Source: Planctomycetota bacterium (GTDB lineage: Bacteria; Planctomycetota; UBA8108; SXIK01). Taken from it: 64,000 nucleotides of DNA. The position numbers and the translations under genes are program-made. Positions within the stretch are counted from its first letter, which is position 1. Every line of letters begins with the position of its first letter. The notes below the pieces were generated by a model that saw nothing but the letters and a program-made list of their open reading frames with translations, did no database searches and was not told the DNA's origin. The stretch covers positions 6,304,001-6,368,000 of the forward strand of contig CBDCXR010000004.1 in assembly GCA_965223845.1 (NCBI GenBank), in the 5' to 3' direction. Shown here piece by piece: positions 27,924 through 38,508 of the stretch.

Positions 27924-29552
27924 TCACTCCGCGTGCGGGTGAAAGAAGCGCCAACGCTCCGGCGGCCACACGATCGCACGCACGGGGCCGCGCACGAAAT
28001 CGACCGGGACCGCTCCGGGTTGGCACTTGCCGGTGAGAGTCGCATGGAGGGGAAGTGGGTACCGCGAATCCGCGCTCCACGCGGAGTTGTCACCGAGGAC
28101 GAAGCACTCGTTACCGGCGAGCTTCATCGACGCCACCGTTCCTGGCGAGTTCAGATAGTGGAGATCTCGGCTCACGACGATTCGCGATAGATCGATGTCG
28201 CAGTTGGCGGCGCGCAGCGTGAGCTTCCCCCGTGACGGCGGGCTCGACCAGCGGGTCCGCGCCGCGTCGAGTTTTTCCGGGTAGACCGGGAACACGTCTT
28301 CGACGGATTCGCCCAGGACGATAAACCCCATGCCGTCGCGCACGTACACCGAGAGCGAAGGCGAGGTCGACCCGGAAGCCCGCACGGGCGCGACGTTACC
28401 GTCGATCTCGCGTTCGATACGTCCGTTCGTCGAGAGACTCACGCGCAGCATGGAACCGCCGTAGCTCCAGTTGACGTCGAGACGACCGCCGCCTTCGAAC
28501 CGGTCGATCGAGACGTCGATGCGAAAATCGCCGTCCGGCTCGAAATCTGCTCGCGACCCAGGCGAGGCGGGAGAAAAGTCGATGCGACTGTCGAGCGGTC
28601 GCTTGAAAACGAGATCGAATGCCGTGTCCTTTCTCTCGAGTCCGCGAAAGCTCCAGCCGAATGCTTCGCGTTTCCAAGCCGACGGGCGAGGCGACGGGGT
28701 CCAAGCGGGCGCGGTGTTCGTGTCGCTAGGTTCCGCCTCGTTCGCGTCCGCGTCTCGAGTGTCGTGGACCTCGATCCACATCTCCTCGGCGACGCCGGGC
28801 GCCTTCACGAGTCGCTCGCCGTTCACGAAGACGTCACCGTGCTCGATCACGACGGTCTCCCCGGGCAGGCCGACGAGCCGCTGGAGGTAGATTTCCAGAT
28901 TGCCGGGATCGGTAAACGCGATCATGTCCCAGCGCGCCGGCGTGTTGATCTTGTCGACGACGATCTTGTCGCCTTCACCGTAGAAGAGGGATTCGTCTCC
29001 GAATTCGGCGCGACAATTTGGGCAGTTCAACGAGGTGAGGAAGAGGCGATCGGAAAGCGTCGGCAGACCGAATCGGTGGAGAGTATCGCATTCGGCGCAG
29101 ATCCCTTCCCATCGTTCGCCCAAGATCGTCGGTGCCATGTTTCCCGTAGGGATGTGGAATGCCTCTAGACAGTGTCGTCGAAACAACCACACCGCCGGGT
29201 TCCACGCGACGTATTGCGGCAATAGCCAAAGCAGGAGTGCGACAACGGCGCGTCCCGCGTTCGCGCGGAAGATCCAGCAAATGCTGAGAAACGTGCCCAC
29301 CAAGAACAGCGCGATGTAGATCACATGGGCCGCGTACGGATAGGCGAAGTCGAGTGCGAAATCGACGAGGAAAGCGAGGACGCCACAGAGCAGCGAGACG
29401 ATCGTGATGAACGCCGTCGCACCGAACGCTCGTTTCCAGGTCGTTCCGGAGATTCTCGCGATTCGACAACTGGCGTAAAGAACAGCAGCGCTGAAGAGGA
29501 GCAGCGCGAGCATTCCGAACGCGACGAGAAAGAAGAACTGGCTAAGAGTCAC
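27924..29552 (-). CDS. Signal peptidase I (S26) homologue, catalytic Ser and Lys both substituted
   Basis: N-terminal TMs, EAFHIPTGNMAPT, CAEC/CPNC, GDKIVVDK, YLQRLVGLPGE and GDNSAWSADSR. GTG start with a G-rich RBS. Confidence 0.85.
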   Translation of the reverse strand: MTLSQFFFLVAFGMLALLLFSAAVLYASCRIARISGTTWKRAFGATAFITIVSLLCGVLAFLVDFALDFAYPYAAHVIYIALFLVGTFLSICWIFRANAGRAVVALLLWLLPQYVAWNPAVWLFRRHCLEAFHIPTGNMAPTILGERWEGICAECDTLHRFGLPTLSDRLFLTSLNCPNCRAEFGDESLFYGEGDKIVVDKINTPARWDMIAFTDPGNLEIYLQRLVGLPGETVVIEHGDVFVNGERLVKAPGVAEEMWIEVHDTRDADANEAEPSDTNTAPAWTPSPRPSAWKREAFGWSFRGLERKDTAFDLVFKRPLDSRIDFSPASPGSRADFEPDGDFRIDVSIDRFEGGGRLDVNWSYGGSMLRVSLSTNGRIEREIDGNVAPVRASGSTSPSLSVYVRDGMGFIVLGESVEDVFPVYPEKLDAARTRWSSPPSRGKLTLRAANCDIDLSRIVVSRDLHYLNSPGTVASMKLAGNECFVLGDNSAWSADSRYPLPLHATLTGKCQPGAVPVDFVRGPVRAIVWPPERWRFFHPHAE

Positions 29553-29566
29553 TTCGCTCCCCCCCC

Positions 29567-30895
29567 TTACGGTCCCACGGCCTCCTCCGGAACTGGAAGC
29601 CCGAGCTGCCGTGAGATCTCCGCGATGCGCCTTCGCGCGAATGGATCGGCAGGATTCAGCTTGAGCGCGTCGCCGAGCGGAATCAGCGCGTCGTCGAGAT
29701 GTCCGGCGAGCCCGAGCGTGTGCCCGAGAAGCGAATGCGCTTGCGGATTCTCCGGCTCCGAGCGCACGGCCGCGCGGAGGGGCGCGATCGCGTCCTCGAG
29801 TTTCCCGAGCTTCCCGAGGCAGTACCCGAGGTTGAACTGCGCGCGCGCGAAATCGGGTTTCTTTTCGGTCGCGCTCTGAAACCATTTCGCCGCTTCGGCG
29901 AAGTCCTGCCGGAACGTGTAGACGACGCCGATTCGAAACTCGGCTTCGACGGAGGTCGGCTCGAGCCGGAGCGCTTCGCGGAGCGCCTTCTCCGCGTCGT
30001 CGAGCTTGCGAAGCTTGAGGTGGGCGCGCCCGAGGAGGATCCACGCCCAGGGCGAGTCGGGATAGTCGCGCACGACTTCCTTGAGGAGCTCGCGGGCTTC
30101 GGCGAACTTCCCGCGCCCGAGGAGAACGTCCGCTTCGACGAGAAGTGCCTTCTTTCCGCGCCGCAGTTTCTTTAGCTCGTCGAGATGGGGATCGGGCCAA
30201 GTCGTTTCCGGGAGGGCGATCGCTTCCCGGCGGTGGCGCTCTGCCTCATCGAGATTTCGCTTTCGCGAGTAGATCTGCGCGAGGAGGAGCTTCGCGGCTT
30301 TCCGTGCGCGTGGGTGGTTCTCGATCTTCGCGAGTCGCTCGAGGCTCGCATCGAGATCTCCGCGGCGCACGGCGATGCGGGCGAGACCGAGGAGCGCGCG
30401 CGCGTTGTCGCGATCGCGTTCGAGGACGAGCGTGAACTCTTTCTCGGCTTCGTCGACGCGGTCGAGCTCGAAAAGGATTTCGCCGAGGCGAAGTCTCGCG
30501 GCGAGGGCGTTCGCGCCTTGCTCGCTCTTCTCTGCGGATCGTCGAAAGGGAAAGATCGCGTCCTCGGGCTTCTCCGCCGCGTCGATCGAGCCGAGGAAAT
30601 AGGGCCAACTCGGGTTCGCGTCGTCGTAAAACTCCGCTTCCCAGAAGCACGGACGGGCGAGCTCAGAGAACTCGTGGGCGTAGAGAACTGCGCCGAGCCG
30701 TCCCCACGCGGCGCCGGAATTCGGCTCCGCGAGGACTGCGGCACGAGCACTCTCGATCGCCTGAAACACCCGGGGATCGGAGTCTTCTCGCGCGATCGCC
30801 GGCGGTTCGAGCGGAGGGCGCATCTTCGGCAACACGAGAAGAGCGACGCCCCCGCCGAGGAGGACGACCACGAGGAGAACGGCGAGCGCTCTCAC
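29567..30895 (-). CDS. Tetratricopeptide repeat protein with N-terminal anchor
   Basis: Multiple TPR units (AWGRLGAVLYAH, AWILLGRAHL, AQFNLGYCLG). GTGA overlap with the upstream gene. Confidence 0.9.
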   Translation of the reverse strand: MRALAVLLVVVLLGGGVALLVLPKMRPPLEPPAIAREDSDPRVFQAIESARAAVLAEPNSGAAWGRLGAVLYAHEFSELARPCFWEAEFYDDANPSWPYFLGSIDAAEKPEDAIFPFRRSAEKSEQGANALAARLRLGEILFELDRVDEAEKEFTLVLERDRDNARALLGLARIAVRRGDLDASLERLAKIENHPRARKAAKLLLAQIYSRKRNLDEAERHRREAIALPETTWPDPHLDELKKLRRGKKALLVEADVLLGRGKFAEARELLKEVVRDYPDSPWAWILLGRAHLKLRKLDDAEKALREALRLEPTSVEAEFRIGVVYTFRQDFAEAAKWFQSATEKKPDFARAQFNLGYCLGKLGKLEDAIAPLRAAVRSEPENPQAHSLLGHTLGLAGHLDDALIPLGDALKLNPADPFARRRIAEISRQLGLPVPEEAVGP

Positions 30896-32661
30896 TCTGT
30901 GGCTCCTCCGGTCTCGGCCTTGCCTTCACCCTTCTTCAGAGTGACGAGGCGATCGACGGCGCCGCCGGGAAAGACCTCGGCGGAGCCATCGGGCCAAACG
31001 ACATGGATCGAATCGACGCTCGTCTCGTCGCCGAGGCCGAAGTGAACGCGAGGATCGTTGCTCGCGAGATAGCTGTACGCCGGCTGCGTCGACCGCCACT
31101 GCGTGCGTTCGCCGGTGCGTACGGTGATTTCGGCACCGTAGGCGTCGCGGCGGAGGGCCGGATCGATCGCGCGAACCATCAGCCAATGTCCGCGCTTCGG
31201 CGCGACGTTCTTGAGGACGCGTACCTTCCCGGCGATGTGCGTGACGACGAGGTCGAGCGCTCCGTCGCCATCGATGTCGCCGACCGCGGCCGCGCGCGAA
31301 ACGCGCGCGATTCCCGAAAGAGCTGGATTCGCGTTCGACGCGTCGCGGAACTTCCCCTTGCCGTCGTTCACGAAGAGCTGGTCGCGCTCGGCGTAGGCGC
31401 GCCAGTATTTCGCGATATCGGGATCGATGGAGCCGCGGCCCTCGCCGCCTCGGGTCACTCGCCCGTTCACCGCGACGATGTCGAGCGCGCCATCGGCATT
31501 GAAGTCAGCCATCACCGTCCCGAATCCCGTCCCGCGCCAGAGCGGACGAGAGAGTCCGGTCGCACTTGTCGAGTCTTCGAAGAGGCCCCGGTCGATCTGG
31601 CGCCAAAGAGTCGGAGTTTCCTCGGTGAGATGGGTGACGTAGATGTCGAACGCGCCGTCCGAATCGACGTCACCGATCGCGATTCCCATGTTGGCTTCGG
31701 TCTTCCCGACGCAGTTGTACGCGATGCCGCGGCGGAGAGCCTCCTCGGCGAACGTTCCGTCACGTTGATTGACCCAGAGGTGGTTCGGCGCGCCGTCGTT
31801 TGCAACGAGAATGTCGGGCCAGCGATCGCCGTCGAAGTCGAGACAGGCGACACCCAGGGCCGGCCCCGGAGCCGACACGAGTCCCGTCTCGACGCTCACG
31901 TCTTCGAAACGCGGTCCGCCCGACGCGGCGCCGAGATTGCGGAAGAGCTTCGTCGTCGTCCCGGGGAACGCGTCCGGCCCGCAGTAGTCGCGCCGGCCGT
32001 CCGCCTGCGCGCACCAGCGGGACGGGTCGTAGTTGATGTAATTCGCGACGACGAGATCGAGCCAGCCGTCGCGGTCGTAGTCGAAGAACGCGGCGGACGT
32101 CGCCCAAAGGGGGCTCGTGATGCCGGCGCTCTCGCTGACGTCACGAAACTTGCCGCCACCGAGGTTGTGGAAGAGGCGGATGCGGCCGTGCTCGGTGAGG
32201 AAGATCTCAGGGAGTCCGTCGTTGTCGGCGTCGCCCGCGGCGACTCCCATTCCGCGACCGGCGACGTCGAGCCCCGAGCCTTCGCTGATCTCGGCGAACT
32301 TGCCGTCCTCTCCCTGCCGGTAGAGTCGATTCTTGGCCGACGACTCGTCGCCAGCGTTTTGAATGAGATAGAGATCGAGACGGCCGTCGGCGTCCAGGTC
32401 GAAGAGTGCGACTCCCGAGCCGACGCACTCGGGCATGAAGAACGAGTCGCTCTTTCCCGGGTCGTGGACAAAGTCGACACCGAGCCGGTCGGTGACGTCC
32501 TCGAACCAGGCGGCGTCCGAGGCGACTTGCGTGCTCGAAGAAGAGCCGGCGGGTGGACCGGGAAAGGGAACTCGCTCGGTCGTGCAGCCGGTGATCGCGC
32601 ACGCGAAGGAGAGGACTATCCCAGGCGAGGTGTAACGAAGGTGCGCGCGGACGATGTTCAT
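30892..32661 (-). CDS. CRTAC1-family FG-GAP/ASPIC-UnbV protein (probable lipoprotein)
   Basis: Repeated DxDxDGxxD motifs, C-terminal SYLASNDPRVHFGLG..WPDG, and lipobox-like AITGC. Confidence 0.9.
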   Translation of the reverse strand: MNIVRAHLRYTSPGIVLSFACAITGCTTERVPFPGPPAGSSSSTQVASDAAWFEDVTDRLGVDFVHDPGKSDSFFMPECVGSGVALFDLDADGRLDLYLIQNAGDESSAKNRLYRQGEDGKFAEISEGSGLDVAGRGMGVAAGDADNDGLPEIFLTEHGRIRLFHNLGGGKFRDVSESAGITSPLWATSAAFFDYDRDGWLDLVVANYINYDPSRWCAQADGRRDYCGPDAFPGTTTKLFRNLGAASGGPRFEDVSVETGLVSAPGPALGVACLDFDGDRWPDILVANDGAPNHLWVNQRDGTFAEEALRRGIAYNCVGKTEANMGIAIGDVDSDGAFDIYVTHLTEETPTLWRQIDRGLFEDSTSATGLSRPLWRGTGFGTVMADFNADGALDIVAVNGRVTRGGEGRGSIDPDIAKYWRAYAERDQLFVNDGKGKFRDASNANPALSGIARVSRAAAVGDIDGDGALDLVVTHIAGKVRVLKNVAPKRGHWLMVRAIDPALRRDAYGAEITVRTGERTQWRSTQPAYSYLASNDPRVHFGLGDETSVDSIHVVWPDGSAEVFPGGAVDRLVTLKKGEGKAETGGATE

Positions 32662-32830
32662 TTCGAAAGAGGCACGACGGTTCGGATTCGAGGAGGGATC
32701 ACCAGCGATCTCCTCGCGAAGTCTTCTCACATTCTGTCACGGGACGATCGATTCGTCGTCGCAAAGTTCCGCCACGCGCCGCTCGCTCGGAGCGTCGCCC
32801 ACCCCTCGCGTTCGCGGTATCGTATTCGCG

Positions 32831-33832
32831 ATGGAATCCGTTCCCCGAACATCAATTCTGCGCGACCGCTCGGCGAGAGGTCTCGCGCTCTTCGCCGGGT
32901 TGTTCACCGGGGCGAACCTCGTCGGCGAGTGGGTGCGCCCCGGGTTTGACGCGAACGGGTGGTGGATCGATCTCCGCTCGTTTCCCGCGGCTACGCGATG
33001 GGTTCTCCTCGGGGCGGTTGCCGCGGTCTCTCTGACGTGGGTCATTCGCCCGCGGTTGTCGCGCGCGCGCCGGATCGCCACCCGGGTCGTTTTCATAGTC
33101 GCGGCGGCGATCGCCGTGTGGAACGGCATCGCGTACTACGTCTTCCTCTCGCGCGGGACGTTCACGACCTCGTTTCCGCTCCCGCTCTCTCTCGTCGTGG
33201 CGGCGGTTCTCTTCTGGCTCGCGTGGTCGGCAGGTCGGAGCTCGCCTCCGTCGAGATCGAAGGTGCTCGCGGCGTCCGTGATCGTCGCGGCCGGCGGCAC
33301 GGCGGCGACGGCGTTCGCCCTCGCTCAGATGCTTTGCTTCGGTCAGACGGACTACCGCCGACCGGCCGACGTCATCGTCGTGTTCGGCTCGCGCGCCTAC
33401 GCCGACGGGTCGCTTTCGCAATCGCTTCTCGATCGCACGCGCACGGGCTGCGAGCTCTACCAGGAAGGCTTCGCGCCGAAGCTGCTCTTCACGGGCGGGC
33501 CGGCCGACGCGGAGATGCACGAGACCGAAGCGATGCGGCGTTTTGCCGTGGAGTTCGGCGTTCCGGCGAGCGACATCGTTCTCGATCGCGATGGCGTGAA
33601 CACTCGCGCGAGCGCGTCATCGACCGCGCGCATTTTTCGCGAGCGCGAGTTCGAGCGCGTGCTCGCGGTGAGCCACGGGTACCACCTACCGCGGGTGAAG
33701 CTCGCTTATCAGCGTGTTGGGATTGAGGTGTACACCGTCCCAGCGCGGGTTACGCGGCAGCTACGGAGGCTGCCGTTTTTCGTGGCGCGTGAGGTGGTGG
33801 CGCTAGTTTGGTATTGGATTTGGCCTTGGTGA
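32831..33832 (+). CDS. YdcF/DUF218 (SanA/ElyC-like) membrane protein
   Basis: Five N-terminal TMs, DVIVVFG, LLFTGG, ETEAMRR, GVNTRAS and VSHGYHLPR. Confidence 0.88.
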   Translation: MESVPRTSILRDRSARGLALFAGLFTGANLVGEWVRPGFDANGWWIDLRSFPAATRWVLLGAVAAVSLTWVIRPRLSRARRIATRVVFIVAAAIAVWNGIAYYVFLSRGTFTTSFPLPLSLVVAAVLFWLAWSAGRSSPPSRSKVLAASVIVAAGGTAATAFALAQMLCFGQTDYRRPADVIVVFGSRAYADGSLSQSLLDRTRTGCELYQEGFAPKLLFTGGPADAEMHETEAMRRFAVEFGVPASDIVLDRDGVNTRASASSTARIFREREFERVLAVSHGYHLPRVKLAYQRVGIEVYTVPARVTRQLRRLPFFVAREVVALVWYWIWPW

Positions 33833-33975
33833 TTGGTGAAGTCTCGGCCTCGCGCGATTCAATGAAGAGGATTGAACAGGAAAATCGCGAAGGAAGACGA
33901 GAGGGCCAAGTAGTGCGCCCGTTGGGATTGAATCCTCGGACCGGAGTGCCTGCACTCGGTTTCCCCGGGCGATTG

Positions 33976-34431
33976 CTAGCGGAAGTAGAAAAACACCGCG
34001 CGCAAATAAGGCAATACTGAATCCACGACCGTTCTGACGATGGTCAAGATGCCAAAGCACACCACCGTAAACCCGGTTTCGTCTCCTTCGAATATGCTGT
34101 CTGGCGCCAACCACCAAAGTGCTAGAGCGCTAAGGACCCAAATCGTCGGAAGCGCTATCGTCACGGTCGCTAAAAAATGAAATCGAAGATTCCGCTTTCG
34201 CCATTCGCAGACGGCGAAAACGAGGATAGCCGGCACCATCAAACCGACGAACAGGCCGGCGTTTCCGATGATTGCGTTCACGATCCTTCCGAAACGCTGG
34301 TCTGAGGCGTAGTTCGTCGACCAGATTTCGAGGCCGGCGGCGAAGATCGGATAGGCAGCGCACGCGGGTGCGGCGTAGGCGAGGAATCCTCGCTCAGGTT
34401 CACCGGCGGTGGGAGTTGGCGTCTCGTCCAC
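33976..34431 (-). CDS. Hypothetical membrane protein (visibly lower GC)
   Basis: 151-aa ORF with about 4 hydrophobic segments. Confidence 0.6.
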   Translation of the reverse strand: MDETPTPTAGEPERGFLAYAAPACAAYPIFAAGLEIWSTNYASDQRFGRIVNAIIGNAGLFVGLMVPAILVFAVCEWRKRNLRFHFLATVTIALPTIWVLSALALWWLAPDSIFEGDETGFTVVCFGILTIVRTVVDSVLPYLRAVFFYFR

Positions 34432-34524
34432 GTTTACGATTCCGGTTCGCTTGCGTCCCCGCGTCGCAAGGCAGTTGGATTCCGCAATGGGATGGAAGAA
34501 GGACGCGGCGTCCGTGAGGTGTCG

Positions 34525-36459
34525 TCACCACTCCGGGATCTGTAGGCGGAGTCGGTTCGTGGCCACGTCCTCGATTTCGAGGTCTTTCCCTACCGACCAA
34601 AGCTGACGTTCCGTGCGCGAGTAGAGAATTTGCGACTCGTCCGGGGAGAAAGGATCGGCAGGGACCGAGTCGATGTAGGCGGGGACGAGGGCGTCGAGAG
34701 ACTCGGGAAGGGCGCCATGCTCGAGCGAGTATCCGCGGAGCGCGAGGAAGAGTCTCGTCGCGCGGAGATCGAAATCGTGCGACCAGCGACCGTGCCACCG
34801 ATACGGCAGGAACAGTGAGTAGACGCGCGGGCCCATCCAATTGAACCAATTGCGCACGGACTCGTCATCCTCATCGGCGTCGCTCCCCACGTAGGGCGGT
34901 GGAGTCCAGTGGGAGTTCGCGATCCAATCGCGATTGACTCGAAAGCTTGCTACAAGTCGCTCGAGCGTCCGATTGCGATGGAAAAAGAAGCTCGAGCTCA
35001 GCTCGTGAGCGTCGAGTACGGGCTTCCGGATGGCGTATTCAGTCGCCCAGACTCGGTTCAACCGCTCGGCGTCGAATTCGTACCGTTCGAGCTCTCCTAC
35101 GACCTCGGCGCATTGCGTCGGTGTCGGCTGCGCCAGCTCGGCGATGCGACGAAGATCCCCGTAGCCGAAATCGCGAAGCGCCAGCCCGCGGAAAAGGTTC
35201 ACCTGATCGGAGGCGTACCCGAACCGCTCACCGAATCGAACGAGCCTGAGGCCGTCGGCGATGGCGCCTTCGGTGTCCCCATCGAGGAGATGAAGGCGCA
35301 GGCGAAGCTGGAGGAGGTATCCCAGATCCGACCAGTTCCCCGCGGGCGACGACCATCTCGGGATTCCCGCCGGAACGATGAAGTGCTTCTTCCCGATAGC
35401 GCGTTCGACTCCAGCGAGAAGATCGGCGCTCTCGTCCACGAGTGCACGCGCCGCGGGCTCGTTCCAGCGGGCCGCAGCCGACGGCGCAAACTCTGGGTCG
35501 CTGGCGACCGGCCGATTCGCATCGAAGGCGATTAGGTGGAGAAGCACGCCGGAGCGGGCCTCCATTTCCTCGTCGTCCTCGTCCCCGTCGTCCTCGTCCT
35601 CGTCGTCCTCGTCCCCGTCGTCGCTCTCGAACCAGTTGTAGGAATCGACCCCTTCAGGAAACTCGGACGAATCGAAGTCGACATCGTAGTACCCGTTCAT
35701 CGCGACGGGAACATCGATGACCGGAAGCGCAAAGTCGGAGTCGTCCGGCGGCTCGATATCTCGACCATAGAAAAACCAGACGCCGACAGCCGTTGTGACG
35801 AGGCCGAAGATCGCCGCGACGGCGACCTTTCCGGCTCGTCCCGTGCCCGTACGTTTCTTTGGATCGCCGTTCACTCGACCGGCATCGCCGATTCGTTCGC
35901 CGCTCGCTGATCCGGGCGAGTCCGATCCGACGGAGGCGGCCGCTGAAGCCCGAGCGTACCGGCGGTGGATCAGTACGAACACGACGAAGAGCGAGGTCGG
36001 AAGGCCGATCCACTTCGCGGCGCCGAGAGTCAGCGTTATCGGGCCAAACGGAGCGCCGGCGCGATCGATACGCGCCATCTCGACAATGGCCATTTCAGAG
36101 AATACATGCGCTCCACTGATGAAAACGAAGAGCACGATTCCAGTTACGCAGTGCGTCGTGAGCCACTGCCCCAAGGCGATCGCGCGGCGGCGCTCGATCC
36201 GGACGAGCAGAACGTAGAGCACCGCCGCGGCGAAGAACTGAATCGCGACGTGAAGCGCCGCAGCGGTCGTGAGGGTCAGGTCGTATCCGAGTCGGTCGTA
36301 GAGCTTGTCGACGAACCACACGGGGAGGACGAGCAAACCGACGATCGCGGCGTAGACGGCGCCAACCGCGAGCCCGAAGGCGAGCCATACAACGGGCTCC
36401 GAGAACCCGGTCGAGTTCGATTCGTCGCTCACGCCGGCAGATTGCGGATCGCGGTTCAC
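34525..36459 (-). CDS. Hypothetical membrane protein with large helical extracytoplasmic domain
   Basis: Five N-terminal TMs. C-terminal LRGYSLEHGALPESLDALVPAYIDSVPADPF...LWSVGKD resembles GspG-like tails. Confidence 0.75.
   Translation of the reverse strand: MNRDPQSAGVSDESNSTGFSEPVVWLAFGLAVGAVYAAIVGLLVLPVWFVDKLYDRLGYDLTLTTAAALHVAIQFFAAAVLYVLLVRIERRRAIALGQWLTTHCVTGIVLFVFISGAHVFSEMAIVEMARIDRAGAPFGPITLTLGAAKWIGLPTSLFVVFVLIHRRYARASAAASVGSDSPGSASGERIGDAGRVNGDPKKRTGTGRAGKVAVAAIFGLVTTAVGVWFFYGRDIEPPDDSDFALPVIDVPVAMNGYYDVDFDSSEFPEGVDSYNWFESDDGDEDDEDEDDGDEDDEEMEARSGVLLHLIAFDANRPVASDPEFAPSAAARWNEPAARALVDESADLLAGVERAIGKKHFIVPAGIPRWSSPAGNWSDLGYLLQLRLRLHLLDGDTEGAIADGLRLVRFGERFGYASDQVNLFRGLALRDFGYGDLRRIAELAQPTPTQCAEVVGELERYEFDAERLNRVWATEYAIRKPVLDAHELSSSFFFHRNRTLERLVASFRVNRDWIANSHWTPPPYVGSDADEDDESVRNWFNWMGPRVYSLFLPYRWHGRWSHDFDLRATRLFLALRGYSLEHGALPESLDALVPAYIDSVPADPFSPDESQILYSRTERQLWSVGKDLEIEDVATNRLRLQIPEW
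35568..35622. repeat. 30-bp period in-frame duplication encoding an acidic tract (DDGDEDDE twice)
   Basis: cctcgtcgtcctcgtccccgtcgtc occurs at 35568 and 35598. Confidence 0.8.
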
Positions 36460-36824
36460 GATTGCGTCGTCCCAGAACTAGCCGCGAGTACTCGTTGCGA
36501 AGCGTCGCGCGAGCGATTCACTTCGCCCGCGTCTACCCAATCCGGCAGCTTGTGCGAAGGAGCTCGGATGCGCGCCGCGAGTCGCTCGCGCGAAGCGGAG
36601 AGGTGAAACGAGACGACTCAACCGTCGTCTACTGATAGTAGCGTATCCGAAGTACCCCTCGACGCAAGTGGAGCGCGGGTCGCTCCGTTCGCCCCGCACC
36701 GCGGATGAGGAACTCGACCGCGAATCGACGCCGACGCCGAATACAGATTCACCTCGTTCCACGGAGAGCGGGGCACGCTCCCGCGGGCAGCCGCGATTCA
36801 CCTCCGTCGAGGTGCTCCGAGGAA

Positions 36825-37265
36825 ATGAGCTTCGAGCAGTTCTCTATGGCTCTGATTCTGTGCGTAAGCATGTACCCAGGAGGACTGGGTTTCATCGCGT
36901 TGAACTGCGAGTATCGCTGGCTTGCGGAAGTAAGAGATCCGTTCTTCCTGGCGCTCCTGGGATGGTCTGCGTTCGCGAGTGTAAGTCTCTCGCTTCTCGC
37001 GGCGAGGCTTTTCGTTCCGCGAGTTTTTTTCTCCGTGTTCAGACCGTGTAAGATCGATGCTCCTCGGCGGCTTCTCGGTAGTTTTTTGATGGTCGGCGTG
37101 CTGTTCTTCGCCTATTGCTGGGCATTCATCTTCGACCGCCAGGTCACCGGATCCAGGCTCATCGCCGGCGCACTCTTTTGGTGGGTCTCGACCCTCGCAA
37201 TCTGGATGATTCTATTGTGGCGGCCGATTCATCGTTACTTTCCCGGGCTGGGGACTCGGCCCTAA
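36825..37265 (+). CDS. Hypothetical 4-TM membrane protein
   Basis: GAGG/GGA before the ATG at 36825, with hydrophobic segments. Confidence 0.55.
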   Translation: MSFEQFSMALILCVSMYPGGLGFIALNCEYRWLAEVRDPFFLALLGWSAFASVSLSLLAARLFVPRVFFSVFRPCKIDAPRRLLGSFLMVGVLFFAYCWAFIFDRQVTGSRLIAGALFWWVSTLAIWMILLWRPIHRYFPGLGTRP

Positions 37266-37307
37266 GTGGGCGCGGTCGATAGTCGGCGTGCAGCTGGCGG
37301 ATGAAAA

Positions 37308-38480
37308 ATGAAGCAGACGCGCTTGAGTCTCGTTCTCCTCGTGATTCTGGCTTCGGCCGCGGGCTGTCTCTTTCCCCCGCGGCCCCCTTCGAGATGGCTG
37401 ACTCCCAGAGTGCATTTGGGGGCGGGGTTCCTTCGGAAGCGTCTAGTGTTCAACGACGCAGGCCTCCTCGGAATCACCGATATCGCTGTCGTCCGTCGTG
37501 GAACGGATCAGAGGACCCTCGTTTGTGGATCGAGGGGTACAGCTTTCCTGGATCCTGCGACCTATCGACTCCACCGCCGAGTGTTCTTCGATCGAGACGG
37601 GAGTGGTGCCCACCGGATTGTTCGAGCGGACGCTGGCAACACGATCGAGTTCTTGGGGGTCGACCGGATCCGTGGCGAAGCCGTGCTGTTCGACGAGCGA
37701 GGGCGACGTCTGTGGGCACGCGGAAACGGGCGAGTCGATGATGCAAAGATCGGCGACCTCGACGGGGATGGCCATCCCGAGTTTGTCCTCAGCGGACACA
37801 GTTCGCGAGAGATCGAGGTCTTCGACCGTCGCGGTCGGGAAGTCTGGTCGAAGGAGGTCGCTGGCGGCGGACGGTATTCCCCCACAGAGCTCATTCTTCT
37901 CGACACGACAGGCAACAGTCGTTTGGAGATCGTGTACATCGACGGGAAGAGCGTGCGGATCCTCGACGCCGCAGGAAACCTTCTTTCCCGGCAGACACCT
38001 CGCGTGCGGAGCTACGTGAACGCACTCTACGCGGCGAGCGACCGATGGAGCGCGAAAGGAGAGTCGCTCGCGGAGGATCTACTCGTCGTCGGATACCACG
38101 AGAAGGAGCCGACGTGGCGACAGGTCTATCGGCTTCTGAGCCTCGACGCACGCGAGGTCGTCCGGGAGGTCAGCGAGGACGAGCTCTGGCTGTATCGGAG
38201 GAAACTACCCGTACGGTTCAATCCAAGCGCGGGGTTTTATCACGTCGGCATCGAGTGGCTTCCTTATCAGGGAACGTCCGTCGGCTTCACCGCTACACGG
38301 CTCCGACTGAGGGTCTACGACGACGACCGACGCCTCGTCTACGACGAGACGATCGCGGCGGGACGAGAGCTCGCGGGCGGTGAGGGCGCGGCTTCCGCGG
38401 CGGCGAAGATCGACGGGGAGCAAGCCATCCTCGTCGGTTTTGGCACGCAGCTCTGGGAGTATTCGAGATCCGACCTCTGA
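37308..38480 (+). CDS. Probable lipoprotein with FG-GAP-like/beta-propeller repeats
   Basis: Lipobox SAAGC, GDLDGDGHPEFV and DTTGNSRLEIV. Confidence 0.7.
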   Translation: MKQTRLSLVLLVILASAAGCLFPPRPPSRWLTPRVHLGAGFLRKRLVFNDAGLLGITDIAVVRRGTDQRTLVCGSRGTAFLDPATYRLHRRVFFDRDGSGAHRIVRADAGNTIEFLGVDRIRGEAVLFDERGRRLWARGNGRVDDAKIGDLDGDGHPEFVLSGHSSREIEVFDRRGREVWSKEVAGGGRYSPTELILLDTTGNSRLEIVYIDGKSVRILDAAGNLLSRQTPRVRSYVNALYAASDRWSAKGESLAEDLLVVGYHEKEPTWRQVYRLLSLDAREVVREVSEDELWLYRRKLPVRFNPSAGFYHVGIEWLPYQGTSVGFTATRLRLRVYDDDRRLVYDETIAAGRELAGGEGAASAAAKIDGEQAILVGFGTQLWEYSRSDL

Positions 38481-38508
38481 ACTTGGCATCGAAGGCCGCG
38501 CGGGTCAG

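Noticed and set aside
31003-32949. Long antisense or alternative-frame ORFs (also 21237-23258, 19299-21230, 3635-5182, 45639-47330, 16894-18858)
   Set aside because: Each overlaps a well-supported gene and lacks recognisable domains.
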